Positions 8,951 through 19,745 of a stretch of 64,000 nt of DNA are shown here, piece by piece. Source of the stretch: an uncultured beta proteobacterium. Its GTDB lineage: Bacteria > Pseudomonadota > Gammaproteobacteria > Burkholderiales > Burkholderiaceae_C. Location of the stretch: contig CAWKLQ010000011.1 in assembly GCA_963850525.1 (NCBI GenBank), positions 173,196 through 237,195 of the forward strand, given 5' to 3'. The notes under the pieces are model-generated. The model was not told where the DNA came from. It was given only the letters and a program-made list of their open reading frames with translations, and searched no databases. The position numbers and the translations under genes are program-made. The number at the start of each line of letters is the position of its first letter. Position 1 is the first letter of the stretch.

Positions 8951-10506
8951 CGCCGATGAGCGGGCAGCGCGTCCCGGGCGCCCCGCGGGATTCCGTCTCC
9001 TGGCCGCTGGGGCTGGAATGTCTTGGCGTCGCTGTGCTCGGCGCAGCGCACAGCCTGCCGTTCGTCCACACCGCTGCGTGGCCGCTGCAACTGCTGTGCG
9101 TGGCCTTGTTCGCCTGGCGCCTGGCCAACGCAACCCCGGCGCGCGCGGCGCTGCTCGGCTGGGCGTTTGCGACTGCCTGGCTCACCTGCGGCATCTGGTG
9201 GCTCTTCGTCAGCATGCATTTTTACGGCGGTCTGCCCTCGTGGATGGCGGCGCTTGCGGTGCTTCTACTTTGCGCTTTCATGGCGCTGTTCCTCGGCGGG
9301 GCGGCTGCGATGTTCGCGCGTTACCGGCGCGGCCAGGTGGCGCATGACACGCTGCTGTTTGCCGCCGGCTGGGTTCTTGCCGAGCTGACGCGTGGCCTGC
9401 TTTTTACCGGCTTGCCGTGGGTGGCGAGCGGCTACGCGCACGTCGACTCGCCGCTGGCGGCGCTTGCGCCGTGGCTCGGCGTCTACGGAGTGGGCGGCGT
9501 CGCCGCAGCGCTCGCGGCCGCACCGGCCTTGGGCGCAGGCGCCCTGTCGTCGCGCGCGAAGCGGCTCTTTGGCAGCGTCATCGTGCTCGCGGCGCTTGCG
9601 CTCGCGCCGCTGCCGCAATTCACCCAGGCGGCCGGGACGCTCAGCGTCGCGCTGCTGCAAGGCAACGTGCCACAAAACGAGAAGTTCTCGCTCGAACACG
9701 TGCCGTCCGCGCTGGCGTGGACACGCGCGCAACTGCTCGCCGCGCGTGCCGACCTCGTCGTGGGCGCGGAAACCGTGATCCCGCTGCTGCCCCAACAGCT
9801 CGACCCGCTGTGGTGGCAACCCCTGCTCGAGCACTTTCGCGAGCCCGGTCGCGCCGCGCTGGTGGGTCTGCCCTTGGGCGACGAGGCCCAGGGCTACACG
9901 AATTCCGCTGCGGGAATCGCCGCGCACACCGCAGCGCTTCCCGAAGGCTTTTACCGCTACGACAAACACCACCTCGTTCCCTTCGGCGAGGTGATCCCGC
10001 CGCTCTTCAAGTGGTTCGTTCGCCTGATGGACATTCCGCTGGGCGACTTCAAGCGCGGCGCGCTCGTGGCGCCGTCGTTTGTCGTCAAGGGCGAACGCAT
10101 CGCGCCGAACATCTGCTACGAAGACCTGTTCGGCGAAGAACTCGCGGCGCGCTTCACCGACCCGGCCAATGCGCCGACGATCCTCGCGAACCTGAGCAAC
10201 ATCGGCTGGTTCGGGCAGACCATCGCGGTGGCGCAGCACCTGAACATTTCGCGCATGCGCACGCTCGAATTGCAGCGCCCGATGCTGCGTGCGACGAACA
10301 CCGGCGCGACTGCCGTGATCGACCATCGCGGCCAGGTCACGCACCTGCTTGCCCCGCACACGCAGGGCGTGCTGCAGGGCGAGGTGCAAGGGCGCAGCGG
10401 CGTGACGCCGTTCGCGCGCTGGGCGGGCGTTGCAGGCCAGTGGCCACTGGTTGGGCTCGCGCTGCTGGTGTGCCTGACGCTGGCTCGACGGCGCAAGCCC
10501 GTGTAA
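8947..10506 (+). CDS. lnt: Apolipoprotein N-acyltransferase
   Basis: Multi-TM N-terminus plus a CN-hydrolase domain (ICYEDLFGEE). TTG 8947 overlaps the corC stop; ATG 8956 is an alternative. Confidence 0.9.
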   Translation: MTPMSGQRVPGAPRDSVSWPLGLECLGVAVLGAAHSLPFVHTAAWPLQLLCVALFAWRLANATPARAALLGWAFATAWLTCGIWWLFVSMHFYGGLPSWMAALAVLLLCAFMALFLGGAAAMFARYRRGQVAHDTLLFAAGWVLAELTRGLLFTGLPWVASGYAHVDSPLAALAPWLGVYGVGGVAAALAAAPALGAGALSSRAKRLFGSVIVLAALALAPLPQFTQAAGTLSVALLQGNVPQNEKFSLEHVPSALAWTRAQLLAARADLVVGAETVIPLLPQQLDPLWWQPLLEHFREPGRAALVGLPLGDEAQGYTNSAAGIAAHTAALPEGFYRYDKHHLVPFGEVIPPLFKWFVRLMDIPLGDFKRGALVAPSFVVKGERIAPNICYEDLFGEELAARFTDPANAPTILANLSNIGWFGQTIAVAQHLNISRMRTLELQRPMLRATNTGATAVIDHRGQVTHLLAPHTQGVLQGEVQGRSGVTPFARWAGVAGQWPLVGLALLVCLTLARRRKPV

Positions 10507-10556
10507 CGCAGGGTTGGCGCGCTGACCGGGCGCTGCCGGCGTTCTCAGCGCGTCTC

Positions 10557-10584
10557 AAGGAAATGTGGCTTTGCCACTTTCCTT
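10557..10584. terminator. Imperfect hairpin (AAGGAAATGTGGC-TTT-GCCACTTTCCTT) between convergent lnt and the aminoacylase gene
   Basis: Seen in sequence. There is one bulge and no clear U-tract. Confidence 0.3.
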
Positions 10585-10600
10585 GATCCCCGCGGGGGAC

Positions 10601-10618
10601 GGCCGGCTTCGGCCGGCC
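10601..10618. terminator. GC hairpin GGCCGGC-TTCG-GCCGGCC followed by TT, candidate bidirectional terminator
   Basis: 7-bp perfect stem with a UUCG loop in a convergent intergenic region. Confidence 0.4.
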
Positions 10619-10636
10619 TTGGGGCGCTCAGAACCT

Positions 10637-12400
10637 TCAGCGCCCCATCCGCACCAAGCGCCCCGGGCGCAATTCACTCACCGCGCCGCGTTGTTGCACA
10701 CACTCGCCGCGGACCCAGGTGCCCAAGTAGCCGCCGCCTTTTTGCAGGAAGCGCTTGCCGCCGGCAGGCAAGTCGCGCACGAGTTGGGGTACGCCCACGC
10801 TCAGGTGTTCCGGATCGATGAGGTTGAGGTCGGCGCGCTGCCCCGTGGCGAGCCGACCGCGATCAAGCAGGCCCAGGTAGTTCGCGTTGCGCTGCGTCAG
10901 CATGTGCACGACTTCTTCCAGCGCGAAGCGCCCACGGCTTCGGCCGCGCGCCCAATGGGTGAGCATGTAGGTCGAAAAACTCGCGTCGCAAATCGTTCCC
11001 ACGTGCGCGCCGGCGTCGCCCAAGCCGCACAGCGCGCGCGGGTGTTCGAGCATGCTGCGCACCACGTCGAGGTTGCCCTCGTTGTAGTTGAAGATCGGAA
11101 AGTAGATCAGGTTGTTGCCGTCGCCCTGCGTCAAGTGGTCGTAGATGGCTTCGAGCGCGATCACGCCGCGCTGCCTGGCGCGAACGTAAAAGCTCGCGCT
11201 CACCGCAGGCTCGTAGTCCGGCGTTTCGCCCTCGAGCGACGACAGCGCGAACATGCGCGCGCTGATTTGCTCGATCATTCCGAGCAGGATGTCGACGAGC
11301 GGCGGGATCGGCGTGCCGTCGCCCGCCATTCGCAGCGACTTTTCCGCCAGGATGCGCGACTTGCGCGCGGGCTCGCGCAGCGCCGCAGCGCGTTCGGGCA
11401 GCGGCAGCTGCGCCACTTCCTGGTAGCCGGGAAACCCCATGAAGGGGTGAAAGCTCGCGTCCAGCCCCATGATGACGCCGATGCCGCGCGCGGCAGTTTG
11501 AAGGTAGAGCGGCAGCCCGGCGGCGACGCCACGCTCGACACGGTCGCGAATCTGGCGCCATTGCTCGCCGCCCGGGTCGCGCTGCAGCCACGTCATCGAC
11601 AGCGGCCGGTTTGACGCGCGCGCGAGCACTTCGACAAGGTCGAATTCGGCGTCGAAGCGCTGCGGCGCGCGCAGCAGGTCGAAGTCGCTGACGAGCTGGA
11701 CGACGCCGTGCTTCAAACCCTCGAACGCGCGCGCAATGCCCGCAAGTTCGGCTGCGCTCGCTTCGGAAGCCGGGGTTTCTTCGCCACGCGACGTGCGGTG
11801 GTTGTCGCTGCGGCCGGTGGAGAACCCTGCCGCGCCGGCAAGAAGCGCTTCGCGCAGCGTCGCGCGCATGGCAGCGATTTCGTCATCCGTCGCCACCTCT
11901 TGCGCCAGCGCACGTTCGCCCATGACGAGCATGCGCAGCGGGTCGTGCGGTACTTGCAGCAAATAGTCCAGGCTGTGCGGCTGCGCGTCGAGTGCGTCCA
12001 TGTACTGCGGAAAACTCTCCCAGTCGAATCGCACGCCTTCACTCAACGCGACGCCGGGAATGTCTTCCACGCCTTCCATGAGGCGAATCAGGCGATCCTG
12101 CTCGCCGCGGCGCAGCGGCGCGAAGCCGACGCCGCAATTGCCCATCACGAGCGTCGTCACGCCATGGAAGATGCTCGGCGAGAAAGTCTGATCCCAGCTC
12201 GCCTGGCCGTCGTAGTGGGTGTGGATGTCGATGAAGCCGGGTGTGACCCAGGCCCCGTGCGCGTCAATCCGCGCCCGCGCAGCTTCGCTGATTCGGCCGA
12301 CCTCGACGATGCGCCCGTCGCGAATTCCCACGTCGGCAGTGAACGGCGCGGCGCCGCTGCCGTCGATGACGGTGCCGCCTTCAATGAGCGTGTCGAGCAT
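10637..12400 (-). CDS. N-acyl-D-amino-acid deacylase (D-aminoacylase) family amidohydrolase
   Basis: MLDTLIEGGTVIDGSGAAPF...GFIDIHTHYDGQ. GGAGG RBS lies before ATG 12400. Confidence 0.85.
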   Translation of the reverse strand: MLDTLIEGGTVIDGSGAAPFTADVGIRDGRIVEVGRISEAARARIDAHGAWVTPGFIDIHTHYDGQASWDQTFSPSIFHGVTTLVMGNCGVGFAPLRRGEQDRLIRLMEGVEDIPGVALSEGVRFDWESFPQYMDALDAQPHSLDYLLQVPHDPLRMLVMGERALAQEVATDDEIAAMRATLREALLAGAAGFSTGRSDNHRTSRGEETPASEASAAELAGIARAFEGLKHGVVQLVSDFDLLRAPQRFDAEFDLVEVLARASNRPLSMTWLQRDPGGEQWRQIRDRVERGVAAGLPLYLQTAARGIGVIMGLDASFHPFMGFPGYQEVAQLPLPERAAALREPARKSRILAEKSLRMAGDGTPIPPLVDILLGMIEQISARMFALSSLEGETPDYEPAVSASFYVRARQRGVIALEAIYDHLTQGDGNNLIYFPIFNYNEGNLDVVRSMLEHPRALCGLGDAGAHVGTICDASFSTYMLTHWARGRSRGRFALEEVVHMLTQRNANYLGLLDRGRLATGQRADLNLIDPEHLSVGVPQLVRDLPAGGKRFLQKGGGYLGTWVRGECVQQRGAVSELRPGRLVRMGR

Positions 12401-13256
12401 CTCTGGACCTCCACAAAGCGGCAAGCGTCATCCCCGACACGATGTGCCAGATGCCCCACAGGCTCGCGACGATCACCATGCCCAGGTCGGCGTTGAACTG
12501 CACGGCGATGATGCCCAGCGCCAATCCCGAGTTCTGCATTCCGCCTTCGATGATGACGGCGCGCGCATCGCGCTCGTTCACGCGAAAGGCCAGCGCGCAC
12601 AACCAGCCGAGCAGCAAGCCACCCGCGTTATGCAGCACGACGATGAGCAATTGCGGCGCGATCTGCGCGGTCAGCAGATGGCGTTCGCGCACCAGGCCGA
12701 TGGCGATGAAGGCGAGCAGCGCGAACACGCTGAACCGGGCGAGCGGCTTGCGAATCTGCTGCGTCGCACCGGGAAAACGATGAGCGACAAACAGGCCGAG
12801 CGACATCGGCAACGCGAGCAGCGCAAGCAGGCTCCACCAGATGCCCGACGGGTCGATCGACAGCTCGCGCAACCAGCTTGCGGTGGCCGGGTTGCTCGCC
12901 ACCATCCACGTGAAATTGAACGGCGTGAGCACGAGCGCCAAGACACTCGCCACCGCCGAGATGCTCACCGACAGCGCCGTGTTGCCACGCCCGATGTGCG
13001 TGACCACGTTCGAGAGCGACCCGCCCGGGCACGCCGCGACGAGCAGCATCGCCGCCTCGATGTTCGCCGGCAGGTCGAGCGCGAGCGTGGCGAGCCACGT
13101 CGCTCCCGGCAGGAGCACGAATTGCGGGATCAGGCCGCACACGACAGCGCGCGGGGTTTGCGCGACGCGCGTGAAGTCGGCCAAGCGCAATTCGAGCGCG
13201 ACGGAAAACACCATCGTCGCGAGCACCAGGCTCAGGACCAGTTGTTGAGTACTCAT
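12381..13256 (-). CDS. Bile acid:sodium symporter (BASS) family transporter
   Basis: Polytopic protein with ACPGGSLSNV, the signature region of the SBF/BASS family. Confidence 0.8.
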   Translation of the reverse strand: MSTQQLVLSLVLATMVFSVALELRLADFTRVAQTPRAVVCGLIPQFVLLPGATWLATLALDLPANIEAAMLLVAACPGGSLSNVVTHIGRGNTALSVSISAVASVLALVLTPFNFTWMVASNPATASWLRELSIDPSGIWWSLLALLALPMSLGLFVAHRFPGATQQIRKPLARFSVFALLAFIAIGLVRERHLLTAQIAPQLLIVVLHNAGGLLLGWLCALAFRVNERDARAVIIEGGMQNSGLALGIIAVQFNADLGMVIVASLWGIWHIVSGMTLAALWRSRDARHAH

Positions 13257-13338
13257 GCGTCAAGCCTAGCGAGGAAATCGCCCTCTAGAATCAAGGGTTT
13301 ACGCCCAAGCCCGAGTCCTCTCGCGTCTTCTCGACCCC

Positions 13339-14259
13339 ATGCTTTCGTTCCAGCAAATCATTCTCAAACTGCAGGCCTACTGGTCCGAGCAGGGTTGCGC
13401 GCTGCTGCAACCGTATGACATGGAAGTCGGCGCGGGCACCAGCCACACGGCGACGTTCCTGCGTTCGCTCGGCCCCGAGCCGTGGCGCGCCGCCTACGTG
13501 CAACCGAGCCGCCGGCCCAAAGACGGGCGCTACGGCAACAACCCGAACCGCCTGCAGCACTATTACCAGTACCAGGTCGTACTGAAGCCGGCGCCGGCGA
13601 ACATCCTCGAGCTGTACTTGGGCTCGCTCGAGGCGCTCGGCTTCGATTTGCGCGCGAACGACATCCGCTTCGTCGAAGACGATTGGGAAAACCCGACGCT
13701 CGGCTGCTGGGGCCTGGGCTGGGAGGTCTGGCTGAACGGCATGGAGGTCACGCAGTTCACCTACTTCCAGCAAGTCGGCGGAATCGACTGCAAACCGATC
13801 ACCGGCGAGATCACCTACGGGCTGGAGCGCCTGGCGATGTATTTGCAAGGCGTCGACAACGTTTATGACCTGCAATGGACGCCAGGCTTGAGCTACCGCG
13901 ACGTGTACCACCAGAACGAAGTCGAACAAAGCACGTACAACTTCGAGCACAGCGATGTCGAGTTCCTGCTGGCGGCCTTCTCGGCGCACGAGCGCCAGGC
14001 GAAACACCTGATGGGGCTGGACCTCGCCTTGCCCGCCTACGAGCAGTTGCTCAAGGCCGCACACAGCTTCAACCTGCTCGACGCACGCGGCGCGATCAGC
14101 GTCACGGAGCGCGCCGCGTACATCGGGCGCATCCGCAACGTCTCGCGCAGCGTCGCGCAGAGTTATCTCGAAAGCCGCGCGCGCTTGAGCTTCCCGATGG
14201 CGCCGCGCGAGTGGGCGGCAGAGGTCAGCGCCAAGCTCGAAGCGCGCAAGGCAGCCTAA
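13339..14259 (+). CDS. glyQ: Glycine--tRNA ligase alpha subunit
   Basis: [34 protein letters not shown] is highly conserved GlyQ sequence. Confidence 0.97.
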   Translation: MLSFQQIILKLQAYWSEQGCALLQPYDMEVGAGTSHTATFLRSLGPEPWRAAYVQPSRRPKDGRYGNNPNRLQHYYQYQVVLKPAPANILELYLGSLEALGFDLRANDIRFVEDDWENPTLGCWGLGWEVWLNGMEVTQFTYFQQVGGIDCKPITGEITYGLERLAMYLQGVDNVYDLQWTPGLSYRDVYHQNEVEQSTYNFEHSDVEFLLAAFSAHERQAKHLMGLDLALPAYEQLLKAAHSFNLLDARGAISVTERAAYIGRIRNVSRSVAQSYLESRARLSFPMAPREWAAEVSAKLEARKAA

Positions 14260-14262
14260 GCG

Positions 14263-16410
14263 ATGAGCGCAACAAGAAATCTGCTCGTCGAATTGCTCGT
14301 CGAAGAGCTACCGCCGAAAGCGCTGAAGGCGCTGAGCGAGTCGTTCGCCGAGGGAATCGCTCACAGTCTGCGCACCCAGGGCCTGGCGACCGATCAATCC
14401 GCCGTCACGCCCTACGCCACGCCACGCCGGCTCGCCGTGCACCTCAGCGCCGTGCTGTCGTTTGCGAAGGACGCAGCGCGCTCGCACAAGTTGATGCCGG
14501 TCAGCGTCGGCCTCAGCGCGACCGGCGACGCAACCCCCGCCTTGCTGAAAAAACTCGCCGCCTTGGGCGCCGATGCGAGCGCCGTTCCCGGCTTGCGGCG
14601 CCAACTCGACGGCAAGGCCGAGGCACTGTTCCTCGACGCGCTCGTCAAGGGCGCGACGCTCCAGGAGGGCCTGCAAGTCGCGCTGGACACTGCGCTGGCC
14701 AAACTGCCGATTCCCAAACTCATGCAATACCAGCTCGCCGACGGCTGGACCAGCGTGCAGTTCGTTCGCCCGGCGCATGCCCTCGTGGCGCTGCACGGCG
14801 CTGACGTCGTGCCGGTCACGGCGCTGGGCCTGCAAGCGGGCCGGCACACCGAAGGGCACCGCTTCGAAGCGACCTTGAGCCCGGTGATGCTCAGCGACGC
14901 CGACCACTACGCACGCCAGCTCGAAGAGCAAGGCGCGGTGATCGCAAGCTTCGCTACGCGCCGCAGCGAAATCAGCCGCCAGCTGCACGCGGCAGCGGCG
15001 CGCGAGGGACTGGTGCCGATCGACGACGCTGCGCTGCTCGATGAAGTGACGGCGCTCGTCGAGCGCCCAAACGTCGTCTTGTGCGAATTCGAACGCGAGT
15101 TTCTCCACGTTCCGCAGGAATGCCTGATCCTGACGATGAAGGCGAACCAGAAGTACTTTCCGCTGCTCGACGCGCAAGCGCGCCTGACGAACAAGTTTCT
15201 CGTCGTCAGCAATATCCGCCCGGCGGACCCGAGCCGCGTCATCGGCGGCAACGAGCGCGTCGTGCGGCCGCGCCTGGCCGACGCGAAGTTTTTCTTCGAC
15301 CAGGATCGCAAGCGCACGCTCGAATCGCGGATTGCCGGCCTGGACAAGGTCGTCTATCACAACCAGCTCGGCAGCCTGGGCGACCGGGTGCGACGCGTGC
15401 GCGCGATCGCCGCAGCCATCGGCCGCCAACTCGGTGGCGAGGTTCTCGCCGAAAACGCCGACCGCGCCGCGCAGCTTGCCAAAGCCGATCTCACGACCGA
15501 CATGGTCGGCGAGTTTCCCGAGCTGCAAGGCATCATGGGCGGTTACTACGCGCGCCACGATGGCCTGAGTGAAGACGTCGCGTTCGCCATCGAAGACCAT
15601 TACAAGCCGCGCTTTGCGGGCGACGTCTTGCCGCGCAATACGACCGGCATCGTGGTTGCCTTGGCCGACAAGCTGGAGATTCTGGTCGGGCTGTTCGGCA
15701 TCGGCCAACTGCCCAGCGGCGACAAGGATCCGTTCGCGCTGCGCCGCCATGGCCTGGGCGTCCTGCGCATGTTGACGGAACGCCTGCCCGGGACGACGCT
15801 CGATCGCGCCGTCGACCTCGCGATCGCTTCGCCGATCTGGCCGCCATCGGTGAGAACCTCGATGACTAGCGCACAGGGAGCGCCTGAATCGCTGAGGAGT
15901 CAGCTGTTGCAATTTCTCGGGGACCGACTCGCCGTGACGATGCGCGAGCAGGGCTATTCCGCCCAGGAAGTTGACGCGGTGCTCAGTGACGACAAGTTCT
16001 GGTCGCTTTCCGAGGTAGCCGCCCGCCTGGCCGCGGTGCGTCAATTCAGCGCGCTACCGGAAGCGGCGTCGCTCGCGGCTGCGAACAAGCGCGTCGGCAA
16101 CATCCTGAAGAAGAGTGCCGCAGCCGATTCGAAGGCCGTGGACCCCGCCTTGCTCCTTGAACCCGCCGAGCGCGCCCTGGACGCTGCGCTGCGTGCGGCG
16201 AGCCCCTTGTCGGAAGCGGCATTCGAGCGCCGCGACTACACCGCCTCGCTGTGCGCACTTGCCGCACTGAAGACCCCCGTGGACGCCTTCTTCGACTCGG
16301 TGATGGTCAACGCCGAAGACCCGCAGCTGCGCGCCAACCGCCTGGCCCTGCTCGCACAATTGCACCTGGCGATGAACCGTGTGGCCGATCTCTCCAAGCT
16401 CGCGGCGTGA
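14263..16410 (+). CDS. glyS: Glycine--tRNA ligase beta subunit
   Basis: 715 aa, starting 4 nt after glyQ. LLVELLVEELPPKAL N-terminus. Confidence 0.95.
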   Translation: MSATRNLLVELLVEELPPKALKALSESFAEGIAHSLRTQGLATDQSAVTPYATPRRLAVHLSAVLSFAKDAARSHKLMPVSVGLSATGDATPALLKKLAALGADASAVPGLRRQLDGKAEALFLDALVKGATLQEGLQVALDTALAKLPIPKLMQYQLADGWTSVQFVRPAHALVALHGADVVPVTALGLQAGRHTEGHRFEATLSPVMLSDADHYARQLEEQGAVIASFATRRSEISRQLHAAAAREGLVPIDDAALLDEVTALVERPNVVLCEFEREFLHVPQECLILTMKANQKYFPLLDAQARLTNKFLVVSNIRPADPSRVIGGNERVVRPRLADAKFFFDQDRKRTLESRIAGLDKVVYHNQLGSLGDRVRRVRAIAAAIGRQLGGEVLAENADRAAQLAKADLTTDMVGEFPELQGIMGGYYARHDGLSEDVAFAIEDHYKPRFAGDVLPRNTTGIVVALADKLEILVGLFGIGQLPSGDKDPFALRRHGLGVLRMLTERLPGTTLDRAVDLAIASPIWPPSVRTSMTSAQGAPESLRSQLLQFLGDRLAVTMREQGYSAQEVDAVLSDDKFWSLSEVAARLAAVRQFSALPEAASLAAANKRVGNILKKSAAADSKAVDPALLLEPAERALDAALRAASPLSEAAFERRDYTASLCALAALKTPVDAFFDSVMVNAEDPQLRANRLALLAQLHLAMNRVADLSKLAA

Positions 16411-16427
16411 GAGACTGAGCCGACATC

Positions 16428-17051
16428 ATGAAACTCATCATCCTCGACCGCGACGGCACGATCAATGAAGACCGCGACGACTATGTGAAGTCGGCCGACG
16501 AATGGGTGCCGATTCCGGGTTCGCTCGAAGCGATTGCGCGCCTCAACCACGCCGGCTGGCACACCGTCGTCGCGACGAATCAATCGGGCCTCGGGCGCGG
16601 CTTGTTCGACATGGCCGCACTCAACGCGATGCACGTGAAAATGAACAAACGGCTCGCGCAGCTGGGCGGGCGCATCGACGCCGTGTTCTTCTGTCCGCAC
16701 GCCCCGGCGGACGCGTGCGACTGCCGCAAGCCCGCGCCGGGACTCATCAAATTGATCGGCGAACGCTACGGCGCGCACCTGGAGAACGTTCCCGTCGTCG
16801 GCGACTCGCTGCGCGATTTGCAGGCCGGCCAGCTGCTCGGCTGCCCGTTGCATCTGGTGCTCACCGGCAAGAGCGAGGGCCTGGACGAAGCGCAACTCGC
16901 GAAGATGCGCGACCTCGTTCCCGACATGCACGTGCACGCCGACCTGGCCGCATTTGCCGAGGCGCAGGTGCGCGGCGACCGCCTGCAGCACGGCCCGACC
17001 GATCAGAACGACACGCTCTACGGTCACACGCAGCTCGGGGGAACGCTCTGA
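16428..17051 (+). CDS. gmhB: D-glycero-beta-D-manno-heptose-1,7-bisphosphate 7-phosphatase (HAD family)
   Basis: ILDRDGTIN HAD motif I, Zn-site C...CDCRKP, and the glyQS-gmhB-plsC synteny. Confidence 0.85.
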   Translation: MKLIILDRDGTINEDRDDYVKSADEWVPIPGSLEAIARLNHAGWHTVVATNQSGLGRGLFDMAALNAMHVKMNKRLAQLGGRIDAVFFCPHAPADACDCRKPAPGLIKLIGERYGAHLENVPVVGDSLRDLQAGQLLGCPLHLVLTGKSEGLDEAQLAKMRDLVPDMHVHADLAAFAEAQVRGDRLQHGPTDQNDTLYGHTQLGGTL

Positions 17052-17809
17052 TGGGCGGCCTGTGGTACGGCGCGCGCTCGGTGGTGTTCGTGCTGTTCCT
17101 CGCGCTGTCGGTGGTGCCTTGGGCGCTTGCCGTCGTGATCGTCTCCATCTTCGTTCGCGGGCCTGTGATCTACGCGATGTGCGTGGGCTGGCTGCGCACC
17201 GCGATCTGGGGCGCCAAGGTGATTTGCGGCGTGCACGCGCGGCTGCACGGCATGGCCAACCTGCCCGACGGACCGCTCGTGCTTTTGCCCAAACACCAGT
17301 CGACCTGGGAGACGTTTGCTTTTCCCGGCCTGATGCCGCGGCCGCTCGCCTACGTGTTCAAGCGCGAATTGCTCTACATCCCCTTCTTCGGCTGGGCGAT
17401 GGCGCGAATGGACATGATCCACATCGACCGCAGCAAGCGCGCCGAAGCGTGGAACAAGGTCGCCGAACAAGGCCGGCGCCTGATGGCCAACGGCCACTGG
17501 GTCATCATGTTTCCCGAAGGCACGCGCACGCCGCGCGGCAGCCAGGGCACGTACAAGAGCGGCGGCACGCGCCTGGCGGTGGCCGCGGGCGTTCCCGTGC
17601 TGCCGATCGCCGTGACGTCGGCGCGCTGCTGGCCGCGCAAGACGTTCACGCTGCGCCCGGGCGTCATCGACGTGTCGATCGGCCACCCCATCCCGAGCAG
17701 CGGCCGCGAACCTGACGAGCTGATGCGCGAAGTCGAGCGCTGGATCGAAACCGAAATGCGGCGCCTCGATCCTGAGGCTTACGCAGTCTCAACAACCGCC
17801 GCCGCCTGA
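17051..17809 (+). CDS. plsC: 1-acyl-sn-glycerol-3-phosphate acyltransferase
   Basis: PKHQSTWETF (HX4D-type block) and FPEGTRTPRG. The ATG overlaps the gmhB stop (TGATG). Confidence 0.85.
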   Translation: MGGLWYGARSVVFVLFLALSVVPWALAVVIVSIFVRGPVIYAMCVGWLRTAIWGAKVICGVHARLHGMANLPDGPLVLLPKHQSTWETFAFPGLMPRPLAYVFKRELLYIPFFGWAMARMDMIHIDRSKRAEAWNKVAEQGRRLMANGHWVIMFPEGTRTPRGSQGTYKSGGTRLAVAAGVPVLPIAVTSARCWPRKTFTLRPGVIDVSIGHPIPSSGREPDELMREVERWIETEMRRLDPEAYAVSTTAAA

Positions 17810-17827
17810 CGCCGCGCCAGCCCTGCG

Positions 17828-18769
17828 ATGCGCCCCGCAAGCGACCCCGACGCGCGCCAGTTGTCGCTGTTCGACGCGCCGGCCGACACGCCTGCTCGCC
17901 GCGACGAGCGCGCCCATTCCGGTGACGCGCCTGCAGCGCCCGACGGCCCGGCTGCGCCACTCGAAGCCCCGCCCACGGATGCCCCCGGCCTCAGCCCGGC
18001 GGTCTTTCGCCACCCGCACGCGAGCCGCGAAATCCACCTGCACCAGCACCTCGTCAGCTACGCCTTGAAGCGGGCGCGGCGCAGCAGCATCGGCTTCATC
18101 GTCGGCGCTGAAGGCCTGAGCGTGAACGCGCCGCGCTGGGTCGGCATCGGCGACATTGAAGCGGCGCTGCAGGAAAAGGCCGCGTGGATTCTGCGCAAGC
18201 TGCAAGAGCAGCAGACGCGCGCGCGGCGCCTGCAAGCCGCCAAGGTCGACTGGCGCGAAGGCACGACGATCCCGTTCCTCGGCGAAGACGTGATCATCGT
18301 GCTCGATGCGCGCGGCACCGGCGCGGTGTTGAACAGCGACACGTCGCCGGTCCAGGGCCAGCTCGCGGGCGTGCCGCGCCTGACCCTGCACGTCGGCCTG
18401 CCCGACAGCGCCACGCCCGAGCAGATTCGCGACGCCGTGCAATCCTGGCTGCAGCGCCAGGCGTGGCGCATTTTCGAAGAGCGCTGCCAGCACTTCGCGA
18501 CGCAACTCAAGGTGCGCTACACGCGTCTGGCGTTGTCGTCGGCACAAACGCGTTGGGGCAGCGCCAACGCCGACGGCTCGATCCGCCTGAACTGGCGCCT
18601 CGTGCACTTCGCGCTGCCGACAATCGACTACGTCGTCACGCACGAACTCGCGCACCTGCGCGAAATGAACCACAGCCCGCGCTTCTGGGACGTGGTGCGC
18701 TCCGTGCTGCCCGACTACGAGCGCGCGCGCGGCAACCTCAAGGACGATGTGTTGCCGGTGTTCGAGTGA
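17828..18769 (+). CDS. M48-family metallopeptidase, YgjP/DUF45-like
   Basis: C-terminal HELAHLREMNHSPRFWDVV (HExxH plus the DUF45 signature). Confidence 0.8.
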   Translation: MRPASDPDARQLSLFDAPADTPARRDERAHSGDAPAAPDGPAAPLEAPPTDAPGLSPAVFRHPHASREIHLHQHLVSYALKRARRSSIGFIVGAEGLSVNAPRWVGIGDIEAALQEKAAWILRKLQEQQTRARRLQAAKVDWREGTTIPFLGEDVIIVLDARGTGAVLNSDTSPVQGQLAGVPRLTLHVGLPDSATPEQIRDAVQSWLQRQAWRIFEERCQHFATQLKVRYTRLALSSAQTRWGSANADGSIRLNWRLVHFALPTIDYVVTHELAHLREMNHSPRFWDVVRSVLPDYERARGNLKDDVLPVFE

Positions 18770-19062
18770 TGCCCGCACGTGGGGCGTATCCACATTCCGT
18801 TGAGCCGGAACTGCCAGCCGAGCCCGCCAAGCCGGTCCGTCGAGTCAAGCCTTCGCCCCAAGGCGCTTGACCTCACCGCTGCGCGTCAGCGAAAAGAATG
18901 CGGGTGGCGCGACAGCGCTGGCCTGCCGCAAGATTGCAGCGTGGCAGCGGACCACGATGTCGCCCGTTTCCGCGCCGTCAAGCCACCCTGCGTGAACACG
19001 AATACGTGCAGGCGGGCGCTTCGCATTGCGGCCAGTTCATTCGCCTTGTAGCGAATGCGCTG

Positions 19063-19745
19063 GTAAGCGGACAGCCAACCCATCTTGAACTCACGCGCTG
19101 AAACGCGTACAGCTGTATGAAGGTTTCGGCGCGAGCGTTCAACGACGCCCGACGTTGCGTTGTGACGCGCAGTCCCGCGGGCCGACGTCGGTTCAGTTGC
19201 CGGTGGCAGGCATCCAGCGATGCGGCAACAACTCCCCGATGCGACTGTCCGGCTGCGTGGGCAAGCGCTCAAGCACGTCGCGCAGGTACGCGTAGGGATC
19301 GTGTCCGTTGAGCCGCGCCGAGTGCACCAGGCTCATCACGGCTGCGGCGCGTTGACCCGCGCGCAGTGAGCCGGCGAACAGCCCGTTCGATCGCCCGATG
19401 GCAATCGGCCTGATTTGGTTCTCCACCCAATTGTTGTCCGCCGGCAGTGCGCCGTCATCCAGGTAACGCGTCAACGCGCTCCAGCGCGCCAGGCTGTAGT
19501 CGATCGCCTTGGCGGTTGCGGTGCCGTCGGGGACTCTCTGTCGTTGCGCCGTGAGCCAGGCGTGCAAGGTGTCGGCCACCGGCCTGGCTTTGAGTTGGCG
19601 AATCCGTCGTCGCTCCTCTAGGTCGAGTTCCTTCACCTCGCGCTCGACTTCATACAGCTGGATGAAGAATTTCAGCGCCTGTTCGCCGATTTTGAACCGG
19701 TCCCCGTTCATTGGACGCCACGAAGCACGATGAGCGTTATCCACG
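19063..19745 (-). mobile_element. IS66-family insertion sequence remnant (3' end only)
   Basis: Holds the C-terminal third of an IS66 TnpC-type transposase. A terminal GTAAGCGG at 19063 fits the GTAA start of IS66-family inverted repeats, 127 nt past the transposase stop. The inner boundary is approximate. No tnpA/tnpB and no other end were found. Confidence 0.7.
19193..19744 (-). pseudogene. Truncated IS66-family transposase (C-terminal ~175 aa)
   Basis: LARWSALTRYLDDGALPADNNWVENQIRPIAIGRSNGLFAGS...LNGHDPYAYLRDVLERLP matches the conserved IS66 transposase C-terminus. The DDE catalytic core is missing. Confidence 0.8.

Noticed and set aside
14308-16044. 578-aa minus-strand ORF
   Set aside because: It lies entirely inside glyS on the opposite strand, and glyS is unambiguous.
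16502-17050. N-terminal part of the 435-aa ORF 16502-17809
   Set aside because: It overlaps gmhB out of frame. PlsC homology begins at the ATG at 17051, which is coupled to the gmhB stop.
18886-19272. 128-aa minus-strand ORF spanning the IS66 end
   Set aside because: It crosses the IS terminal repeat at 19063, so it cannot be one native gene. Only its distal ~59 codons (left of 19063) look mildly coding, and I recognised no family.
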